A model generated the notes under the pieces. It saw only the letters and a program-made list of their open reading frames with translations, was not told where the DNA came from and did no database searches. A program made the position numbers and the translations under genes. Of a stretch of 48,129 bases of DNA, positions 1 to 9,493 are shown one piece after another (positions within the stretch are counted from its first letter, which is position 1; each line of letters starts with the position of its first letter). The stretch spans positions 1 to 48,129 of the forward strand of contig CALSCP010001346.1 of the NCBI GenBank assembly GCA_943704425.1, read 5' to 3'. Source of the DNA: Ministeria vibrans ATCC 50519. Lineage: Eukaryota > Protista > Filasterea.

Positions 1-80
<80 letters not shown>
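1..80. repeat. (CT)n microsatellite forming the polypyrimidine end of an intron
   Basis: Pure TC dinucleotide run followed by the TTAG acceptor at 81-84. Confidence 0.98.
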
Positions 81-83
<3 letters not shown>

Positions 84-84
84 G

Positions 85-1008
85 ACTGGGAACCTTCCTC
101 CAACGCTGTACAACACATTTCTCAAGTTTGCATCCGCTCACGGCGTGATTATCGTCGGCATTTCGACTCTGCCCACCATGCCCCTTCCGAAGTTGCTTGT
201 GAATAAGACGCAGGAAGTGCTCGAATACATTGATGCAAATTTGGCCCGTATTGTGGCCACCGAGTCTCAAGTTGTCTTTGACATGGACAAAGATGGTATT
301 GTGCTGTCGTCGCACTCGGCCGGTGGCAAAATTCTTACCGAGCTCCTCGAGCAAGAGTGTCGAAATTTCAAAGCGCTCGTCATGTTCGATCCTGTCGATG
401 GAGAGGTGACTCTCTCTTTCCCTTCTCCATTCGATCCGCTCCTTCTTGAAAACCTCTCCTACCTTTAAACATTTTTAACACACCGATACCTTTATTTTTT
501 GTAGGATCCTTGGGGAATCATTCACAACTATGCAATTCATCCGCCTTTTCCAGTGAACACATCGCTTCCCACATTCATTTGGGGCACAGGACTCGCGCAG
601 TTTGGCGCATCGAGCGAATTTCCACCGTGTGCGTCCGAGCCCATGGGCTTCCATCGGTTCTGGGACGCTTGGCCGTGCCCCCGCTGGTTCCTCAATGCGA
701 CTGCCTACGGTCACATGTGCCTCAACGACGAATGGCTTGTCCTCCTCAACAACGACAAGCTGCACCTGTGCAAGGCGGCGCACAATGCCACTCTTGCCAA
801 CTACACGGCGTCGCGCCGTCTGGCTGCCGGCATCCTCACTGCCGTGGCACGCGGTGTGCTCCTTCGCGAGTGTCACCTCATGCCTTATCTCTCGTCCGTC
901 GATCTCCTTCCCCGCAACCTTCTCGGCGAACAAGTGCTCAAGCAGGACCTTACGTCGTGTCATGCCACAGACTGTCCTCTTCCATCGTGTACAAGGAAGA
1001 ACCCATAA
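85..1008 (+). CDS. Chlorophyllase-like alpha/beta hydrolase, 5'-partial; exons 85-405 and 505-1008
   Basis: Spliced translation gives LYTTFLKFASAHGVIIVG...LSSHSAGGK...MFDPVDG|EDPWG...PPCASEPMG...TAYGHMCLNDE, matching chlorophyllase-family motifs (GHSxGG Ser, DPVDG Asp, PPCAP, YGHMD His). The GT..AG intron 406-504 is phase 0. Confidence 0.85.
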
Positions 1009-1099
1009 AAAGAACTGATACAACAATACGAAAAACTCCCGTTTGTTTTTGCAATGACACAGCTCGCTTGCTCACAGGGTGTGAAAGCGTCGAAAGAAC

Positions 1100-1179
1100 C
1101 TCGTCATGTCGTCGTATCTCGTCATGTCGTCGTATCTCGTCATGTCGTCGTATCTCGTCATGTCGTCGTATCTCGTCAT
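1100..1179. repeat. 18-bp tandem repeat (CTCGTCATGTCGTCGTAT) x4.4 between convergent stop codons
   Basis: Four perfect units plus a partial unit are directly visible. Confidence 0.95.
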
Positions 1180-1241
1180 CACTTAAGGAGGGAGGGAGAG
1201 AGGGACAAACCCGGAGATAAAAAGCACGCCTGCAACAACCG

Positions 1242-1638
1242 TCACAGAGCTGGCACGAGAGGCAACATCCACAGGGCAAGCAGTGGTTCGTGTGGGCGAG
1301 CACGCATGGCGTGTGGCACCCCCGAGCGATTGTAAATGACATCTCCACGTGAAAAGTGCTTCCAAACACCGTTTACCAGCCATTCGCCACCACCAGGGCT
1401 CAGCACAATGTAGACTTCCGCAGGCTCGTGCTTATGCTCAGGGTACTGTGCCGCGGGCGCCAATAGACTCATTCCAACCCACACTCGGTCGCTCTGTACT
1501 ATTCCTTTCGGTCCGACAATATCCACGTTGGCGTGTTGTTCGAGAAAAGAAGCGGGACAGTGTGCACGAGTTCGCCATGGAAACGATGTTGCCGACTCGA
1601 GAAGGCACCTCATTAGTGCACTCTGGTCATCTTCGCAC
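1242..1638 (-). CDS. Cupin protein of the DMSP-lyase (DddQ/DddL-like) family; terminal exon, 5' part not in view
   Basis: ANVDIVGPKG...VWVGMSLLAP...YPEHKHEPAEVYIVLS...GEW...YNRSGVPHAMRA...PLLALW carries cupin motif 1 HxHxxxExY and motif 2 PHAM. It is preceded by a TACTGAC branch point and CAG acceptor (1639-1641), with an in-frame ATG at 1613. Confidence 0.8.
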
Positions 1639-1669
1639 CTGAGCCAACGAGTCAGTACTCAGTACTCCC

Positions 1670-1760
1670 TTTCTCTCTGTCTCTCTCTATCACTTTGTTT
1701 CTTTCTCTCTCTGTCTCTCTCTATCACTTTGTTTCTTTCTCTCTCTCTCTCTCTATCACT

Positions 1761-1854
<94 letters not shown>
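1670..1854. repeat. (CT)n microsatellite with CTATCACTTTGTTTC minisatellite units
   Basis: Three TATCACTTTG units followed by a long pure CT run. Confidence 0.95.
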
Positions 1855-1857
<3 letters not shown>

Positions 1858-1951
1858 ATTATATACATATTATATAATTATATAATTATCCCAATATATA
1901 CATAGAATAACTTTGTTCACCCTCCACTCGCACACTCGCACACGCACTTAC

Positions 1952-3196
1952 CATCCGCTTTAGCGTTCATCTTCTGAAACATGTACTTGTAGCGGTCACG
2001 CTGGTAGATCTGAAAGATGCTAATCTCGCCCCAGAACGGAGAACTGCCTGTGCGGCGCACGCCGGGCGTGTACACAGCTAAAGGAGTGTTGTCTGGGCCA
2101 GCCAGCGCCGCATAGTTGGCGACAATCTTGCCCTTGTTGCCACGCTGTGAGTAGGCCTTGGAAGGGGCTCTACATGTGTGAGAGAAAGAAGGTAAATGAC
2201 CAAAAGGGAACTTCATGAGGTCCTTCTTTCTATTACGAGCTGGGAGACGCCTGAGAGAGAGTCGTTGGAAGTCGCACAGGCGATCGTCCAGAGTCTGTCA
2301 GACGGATTTTTGTGGCACTGTCGCTCGGCGACGCTGCGGTACGCTTGGACTACGCAAAGTACAATGGTTCAAGTATGGCCTCTTACTCTGACTGGTTGCT
2401 GCTACCTGAGAGGGCGCCGGAACGGACACGCCAAAAGAGGCAAGATAGTCAACACTCGGCTTGAGATTCTTGTGAGTGAAGACGCGAGTGTCGGATTTTT
2501 TGGTTGCGGCAACGGGGTCCGCTTTGGCTCTTCTCGTCTGAAGCTGGATCTGGCGTTTGAGCGCCTCTAGACTCGCCGGCGACATGGCCTCCACTGAGTT
2601 GTTCGCTGCAAACGTTTCCCACTTTCTGCACAAGTCTTCGGGCGACAAGCCGAAATTCAGACACACTTGGACGCCTGCGAAACAAATGCAGATGGTTATG
2701 CGGGTGAGTTGATGTGGGTGGGACAAGTGCAGTGACCGTGGCACAAGCAGGCGACAGGGGAACACAAAAAAAATCGGGAGTCAACAATCCCTGAGTGTGC
2801 CATTCGTAGAGAGCAGGGAACAGTCCCTTTGGCACAAACTGTCTTGTACACAACACCGTATGCTGCGTGGGCGACCACAAGCAGAATTCGCATCGTGCCG
2901 AGTAAACGACGCACTTTCTGTTTTGGCGCCAAACCAAAATCGAAGTGAGCCGCACAGTGTAAAGCAACACAAAGAATCGCAAAGGGAGCGCCGACGCACA
3001 CACCCACAGCGCATTGGTTGCACCCCAAGTGGGGAGTTGCTCGAGCCGGCGACGACACCGACGAAGACAGAGAATGGCGAGGAGTGAGCGGAGTGCGCGA
3101 CTTACACTCCGAGATCAAATCGGGCTGCCCTCTCATGTCCTGGTCGATGTTCTGGAACACTCGAACCACATCCTCTTCGCTGATAACGCTCATCAT
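1952..3196 (-). CDS. POLA2: DNA polymerase alpha subunit B, N-terminal part only (4 exons)
   Basis: MSVISEEDVVRVF...LISE|CVQVCLNFGLSPEDLCRKWETFAANN (Pol alpha B N-terminal domain), an S/P-rich linker, SKAYSQRGNKGKIV and YKYMFQKM. It ends at a GTAAGT donor (1951); the OB and phosphoesterase domains are absent. Confidence 0.82.
2922..2933. promoter_or_regulatory. Palindromic E2F-type site TTTGGCGCCAAA in POLA2 intron 1
   Basis: Exact match to the TTTSSCGC consensus on both strands, in a DNA-replication gene. Confidence 0.55.
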
Positions 3197-3300
3197 CTTG
3201 GAAAAAAGCCTTGAAGAAAAAAATAATAAAATCAAAAATGAATATTGATCTTCGATATCTTCTCACGACTCAGTACTCACAGTCTCACACACAAATATCA

Positions 3301-5584
3301 ATGAAAAGCGCCTTTGCTGCTGCCGCTGAAGCTGCCGCAGCTGCTGCCGCTGCGGCTGCGGCTAGTGTGAACGAAGATGATGGGTGAGTGTTTCGCCCGT
3401 CTCACAATTTCCTCATCTTCTGTCTCGCCATTCCAGTGCGTCTGCAAGTGATTCAGACATGGAAAAGGACACCCTGGACGACGATAGACCCGCCGTGTTT
3501 GCCGCGGATGCCGCAAGGTTAGAAGTAGCAAGAGGGCCGTGGAACGCTTCATCACGCTCGGTGTAGGTCGCTTGATCATCGAACGCTCTCCGACATTCCC
3601 AATGCTGTCGCCGCGCTGCTGATCGACGACGAGGTACACCCGTGCGCGTAGACGGAGTGGGGTTGTGTGTGTGTGTGTGTGTGTGTCGCTGACCCCCTGT
3701 GCTTCCCGCTAGTTTGCGTTTGTCGGCGAGGCACGCCTCACAGTGCTGCATGGCTGTTGCGAGCTGTTCGGCCATCGCCTTGTCGGACGCGGCGTAGCAT
3801 CGCCGATGGAGCGGCACGCCGTGCATCTGGTGCACTCGCCGTCGTCGTCGTGTCTGGCATCGATTCGTCTTGCGCACTTGACCGAAACGGAAAGAAAACA
3901 ACAGGTTGAGTCGGCAGGGGAGTTTGTCGTGCTCTCTCAACACGACATTGACCAGGCAGTTGCCCCTCTGATTGCCAAAGCCGCCACGCTCCCAGGGAGT
4001 GCCGCTGTTTTTTTACTACAGTCATATGTGTCGACGTCCAACACCGCTCTGGCGCGCCACAATATGTTCTCGTCCATTTTTGCACCGCCCAATGCGACCC
4101 CCTGTTTCCCCTCTGTTGACACCGTCTTTCCCGCCGCCTCTGCTTCCACCACCAGTCCCTTTGTGCTTCCCGAGCCCTGGGCGCAGTTGCTCGACAATGT
4201 TCGTTCACTCACGTACCCGCCCACCAGCAACCGTGCACTCACCATTGCTCTCGTGGGCCCCAAGGGAGTTGGCAAGTCGACACTGTCGCGTGTGCTTGTT
4301 AACCGCCTCCTTGAATGGCTCCCATCCGTCACCTACGTCGACACAGACCTAGGTCAAAGTGAGTGGACCACACCGGGCATGGTCTCCTCCCACCGCATTG
4401 AAACACCGCAGTTTGGACCTCCCTTCACACACAACAGTCCGTCGCCGCATAGCCGCACAGCTCTCTCGCGCACCTTTCTCGGCACGACAACCGCCCGTAA
4501 CTGCCCCTCACTCTACCTTCAAGCGGCACACACAGCCCTTCAAGCCGCTGCCACCTCCAACCCCACCACGACCATCGTCAACTGTCCCGGCTGGGTCGAT
4601 GGCCTTGGCGCCATCCTCCTCGCCGACCTTGTCTTCCTCGCCCGCCCTCACATCGTCGTGGCCCTCCAGCCTCCGCCCTCCTCCGCCGCTCCTTCTCCTT
4701 CTCCCTTCCCCCAACCCGAATCCCGCGCCCCGTACTTTACCCTCACAGACTCAGTCTCGTAAGCGCTTCTTCTCCATCACTTTCTATCACTTTGTTTCTT
4801 TCCTTTTTGTTCTTTCTTCTTCTCTTCTTTTCTTTCTTCTCTCTCTCTCTCTTTTCTCATTATTTGCTCTATAGTCACTTCTACCCTCCGTCTGCTTCAA
4901 TTGACTCTACTCTCAGTCCTCAAATCCGCATTCTCGACAGTCCCTATGTCCCCAACAAAAGGTAACCCTTGTCCTCTACCTCTTTCACATACACACACAC
5001 ACACACACACTCACACACACACACCTGACTCCTCTCTTTTCCATCTCAGTCGTCTGACGGCGCACGATCAGCGTACACTCAACATTGCGACGTACCTGAG
5101 TCACACACACACGGGTTTGGTTGCACCACTGTCGCTGCAGCCCAGTGTCCGCGCACTGCCCTGGCATAATGTGTTTGTGCAGCTACACGAGCACACCGTG
5201 AGTCCGTCCAAAATACTCTACTTGCTCAACGGTGCCTTTGTGGCTCTGGCGACGGTTCCTGTGGACCCCCCTCCGCCTACTTTGTGGTCGCTAGCTGGCC
5301 TGAGTGGGATTACATCCCACACTCCGCACACCCAGACCCTTGCCTGTGCCGTCATCCGTGCCATTGATCCCACTCGCAATCTCCTCTACATTGCCTCGCC
5401 TCTCTCCGACGCCCTCTTTGCCACTGTCAATGTCATTGTCAAGGGTCTCTTTGAGCTTCCTGTCAAACTCCTTAGCGAAGGCACCGCTCTCCGCGGTCCA
5501 TACCTTGACCCTGCTGGCTCTGCCACTGGCTCTCAACGCTCAAAGCGCCATAATTTGCAACGGCGCAAGAATGACAAGTTGTAA
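3301..5584 (+). CDS. NOL9: Polynucleotide 5'-hydroxyl kinase NOL9/Grc3 (Clp1 family), about 6 exons
   Basis: Walker A ALVGPKGVGKSTLSRVLVNRLL, YVDTDLGQSEWTTPG, IVNCPGWVDGLG, and C-terminal VIRAIDPTRNLLYIASP. Confidence 0.9.
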
Positions 5585-5938
5585 AATCTATTTTTTTTTC
5601 ATTTTTTTGTACTCAGTACCTCGAAGAGTAGTGATAGAAGATGATAATTAATACCATGGGGCGTTATCCCCGTTTGTAAAGAAGTATGGCGAAAGTTCAT
5701 TTCATTTTTAAGTGAAGTTTTGTGTACAACAAACATTCTACTCTTGTTACACCATATGTCAAAAGTAACATAGCCTCACACGTCTGACACACGAGATTAA
5801 GAACGTTAGACATCCTGCCCCAAAACAAAGGCGTAGTGAGTCGAGTGAGAGTTGCGAGAATCTATATTCTATCAATCATTCTAAAAGAAGACAATCATTA
5901 CTACCTGTGAGTGATTAAATGTTAATAAATTTACCGTC

Positions 5939-8032
5939 ATGGACAAAGAAAAAGAAATCTACGGCCCACTTTCGGCCAGCACTGTCCGTGGCCTCAACGA
6001 CAAAGTCTACGACAAACGCAAAGTTGCCGCACTTGATGTCGAACGGTTCGTCTCAGATCGTCCAAAAGACAAACTCGCTGACTCTCTGTTTCCTCTGTCT
6101 CCAGCCTCATCAAAGACTGTGTGCAACGCCAGGACACCGGCAAGACGGCGCGCATCATCCACATCCTCAAGCAGGAGTTCATCTTCAGCACGAACCCCAA
6201 TTCGCGCAAAGGCGGTCTCATCGGCATTTCATCCACTGCCGTTGGTCTTGGCGAGGTGCCCTTCCAGCGCCCCCCTCCTCCCCACACTCCACCCTGCGAC
6301 TCCGCCCCGCATCTTCGCCCCTTCCCCCCGCCTCGTCGCGCCCGTCTTCTCTCGCTTTTGCCTCATTTTCTTTTTTTTTGCCTTGCAGGCCAACATTGCC
6401 AACTACATTGAGGAACTCTTTCCGCCTGTGCTCAGTCTCTTCACCGACTCCGACAGCCGCGTGCGCTACTACGCTTGCGAGTCGATGTACAACCTCACCA
6501 AGGTGGGTCGTGCCGCGATGCTGCCCTTCTTCAACGAAACCTTCGACGGACTCTCAAAGGTGCACAAGCCACCCCTCAACTGCATCAACATGGGTGTCGC
6601 CTCATCCATTCCCCTCTCTCTTCTTCTCACATTTTTAGTTGGCAGCCGATCCCGATCCTAATGTGAAAAATGCTGCCGAGCTGTTGGACCGACAAATCAA
6701 AGATGTCGTTGCTGAGTCGAAAAACTTTTCCGTCGACAAGTTTGTTCCTCTGCTAAAGGTACCGTTTTATATCGTTCTGTTCGACGATTCCAATGTGTCT
6801 TAATGTTATTTATTAGGACCGTATTTACACGGTTGTGCCTCACGTGCGCCTGTTTTACGTGCGCTGGATCGCCATGCTTCTGGCCGTCCCCGACGTCAAT
6901 CTTCTCATATACCTCCCTGAACTCCTTGACGGCCTTCTCAAGGTACTTTTCTTTCGTTAATGTATCTTTTTTTCATCACGTTGTTTCTTTCTCCCTCCTT
7001 TCTATCTATGTTTCTTTCTCCCTCCTTTCTCTCTCTCTATGTTTCTTTCTCCCTCCTTTCTCTCTCTATGTTTCTTTCTCCCTCCTTTCTCTCTCTCTAT
7101 GTTTCTTTCTCCCTCCTTTCTTTCTCTCTATCACTTTGTTTCTTTCTCCCTCCTCTCTCTCTCTCTCTCTTTCTCTTTCTCTCTATTACTTTGCTTCTTT
7201 CTCCCATCTTTTTCCTTTTCTCTCTCTTTTTCTTTGTGCGTGTCTGCTTATGTTGTGTTTTTTTCAAAGATTTTGTCGGATAACAATCGAGACACGCGCG
7301 TGGAGACGGAGACCCTACTGGCCGAATTTTTATCAGAAATCCGACAGTGCAAAGGGGCAGGCGTTGATTTCAGTGCACTTGTGGGTATTCTGGTGCCACA
7401 CTGCAAGAACACGGATCAGCAGACGCAGGGGACGGCGCTGCAATGGCTGCATGCGTTCATGGGGCTCAATAAGGACTCAGTGATTCCGTTTAGTGCCGAC
7501 GTGCTGGGTGCTATCCTCCCGTCGCTGTCTCACCGCACAGAGACCATTCGCGAGAGTGCCAATGCCGCCAACCAGGCGTTTATGACCATTATTGCCAAGA
7601 ATGAAGAGACACTTGCCAAGCGCGCTCTTGACGCCGCCCAGACCAGTGCAAAGGCCATTCTGACTGAAATGGCTACTGACTCGGATGAGCTGCTTGTTCC
7701 TCCCGAGTTTCCTCTTTCCCAAACTGTCGAGGGTACACGCTCTTTGCAACTGGACTTATTTGTCTCAATAATTTTGTGTGTTTGCTGTTGTGATAGTGTT
7801 GACTGTGCAGTTCCTCAATTCGTCGGTTGAGACGCGCTGTGCAGCCCTTCGGTGGGTTCTAATGCTCCACGTCAAAGCCCCTCAAAAGGTACAGAGAGAG
7901 AGAAGAGAGAGAAGAGAGCATGGTTGTAGCTTACTCACTTTATATTTAGGTTTTTACAATGGGCGAGGTGTTGTTTCCAGCACTACTTAAGAATCTTAGT
8001 GATATCTCAGACAAAGTACAACCAACCACAGA

Positions 8033-8068
<36 letters not shown>

Positions 8069-9113
8069 CAGACAGAGACAGAGACAGAGACAGAGAGAGT
8101 CAGACACACACAGTCTCATTCATTCACAATCAGGTTGTGGTTCTAAGTCTTGAAGTGATGGCTGAAATCAGCTCATACCGCTCCGCCAGTGCGTCTCCCG
8201 ATAGCGCTCTCGCCTCCCACTCCGACCCTCACTCCTCTGTCTCCTCTGACTACTTCTTGCGCTTTATGCGCGATCTCTTTGGAATTTTTGCGTCTGATCG
8301 CGCACTCCTCGAAAAACGCGGTACTTTTTCTTGTTCTTTCTTCCTTTTATGTAGCAATTTTGTTTCTCTCTTTTTGTCACTGTTTCCTTCTCTCTTTCTC
8401 GTTTGTTTTTCTTCACGATCTCTTTATCACTTTTTTAAAAATAATATCATTTTTTGTTTCTTTCTCCCTCATTTTTCACTTTGTTTTTCTCCCTTTTCTC
8501 TTTCTCTGATCCGTGCACTGTGTCCCGCTTCTGACATATGTGTATATGTGTTTTTATTATGCCAGGTGCGTTTATTGTGCGTCACTTGTCGCTCCTACTC
8601 AATCCAGTTGACGTCTTTACTGCCCTGGCTGACATTATCTACGGTACGCACACACACACACACACACACTCTCTCTCTCTTTGTCTGTTTCTAACGTTTT
8701 CTTTGTATTCAGATGAAGAGGACATTGAGTTCGGTTCCATTATGGTCCAGACTCTCAATCTTATTCTTCTCACTGCAGTTGAGCTCAACGACCTCAGAAA
8801 CAGTCTCAAAAAACTTGAAACAGAGGTAACAACAACAGAAACGTTCAAAAAAAAGTAGTCACACGGACGAAACAATTGAATTTCAACTTGTGTTTCTATT
8901 ATTAATATGATACGGTCACACTGATTGACTTATCAATACATTTTTGTCAGCGTCCCACTGACCGACACACTGCTCCTTCCCTTTCTCTCTCCAGCAAGCG
9001 AAGAGTGTTTTCCGTCGCCTGTACAAGTCGTGGTGCCACAATGCCGTCGCGACTCTCTCTCTTTGTCTCCTCACCCAGAATTACGATCTTGCTCTCGATT
9101 TGGTCGTCAAATT
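5939..9113 (+). CDS. VAC14: VAC14 (PIKfyve/Fab1 complex scaffold), multi-exon, C-terminal part missing
   Basis: [63 protein letters not shown] and [22 protein letters not shown]. The last visible donor is at 9114. Confidence 0.95.
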
Positions 9114-9150
9114 GTATTCTTTTAAATCCCTCTCTCCTTTTTCATTTGAT

Positions 9151-9154
<4 letters not shown>

Positions 9155-9222
<68 letters not shown>

Positions 9223-9234
9223 TCTCTCTCTCTC
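9155..9234. repeat. (CT)n microsatellite at the VAC14 truncation junction
   Basis: CT run directly visible. Confidence 0.95.
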
Positions 9235-9239
9235 TTCAG

Positions 9240-9374
9240 ATTGTCTACATCAAACAACAAATGCGCGACGACGAATCGAAATCTTCCAAATCCGCACTCA
9301 CTGCGCAACCTACTCTCCTCCTCTCACTCTTCATTATGGTATGTGCCCTCGCTGTATACTATTTCTTCACATAA
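9240..9374 (+). CDS. Orphan terminal exon encoding a C-terminal transmembrane anchor; not VAC14
   Basis: After a CAG acceptor it reads IVYIKQQMRDDESKSSKSALTAQPTLLLSLFIMVCALAVYYFFT*. Its phase 0 is incompatible with the phase-2 VAC14 donor. Confidence 0.5.
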   Translation: MVYIKQQMRDDESKSSKSALTAQPTLLLSLFIMVCALAVYYFFT

Positions 9375-9493
9375 CTATTCTTTTGTACAAAAAAAAGCGC
9401 GAAAGATGCAAATTCATATTATAATTAAACCAGTGTACAACCGCAACGAATTGCTTTCGTTACTCTCAATACTCTCAAATGTGCGGGTGTGAC

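Noticed and set aside
1100-1179. Repeat array as a possible CRISPR
   Set aside because: The units are directly adjacent with no unique spacers, there are no cas genes, and the context is eukaryotic.
1570-1584. X-box-like GTTCGCCATGGAAAC
   Set aside because: It lies inside the cupin coding exon (FPWRT codons) and is likely coincidental.
1528-1905. Many ORFs made of LSLSLS, ERERER, NNNN, YYYY or IIII runs (also ~6960-7283, 14177-14616, 20190-20764, 39790-40126)
   Set aside because: They are translations of intronic microsatellites, not proteins.
3937-4332. Long antisense and alternate-frame ORFs over NOL9, the GT gene, NPAT-like and ANKRD54
   Set aside because: These are shadow ORFs of GC-rich coding exons with no independent motifs.
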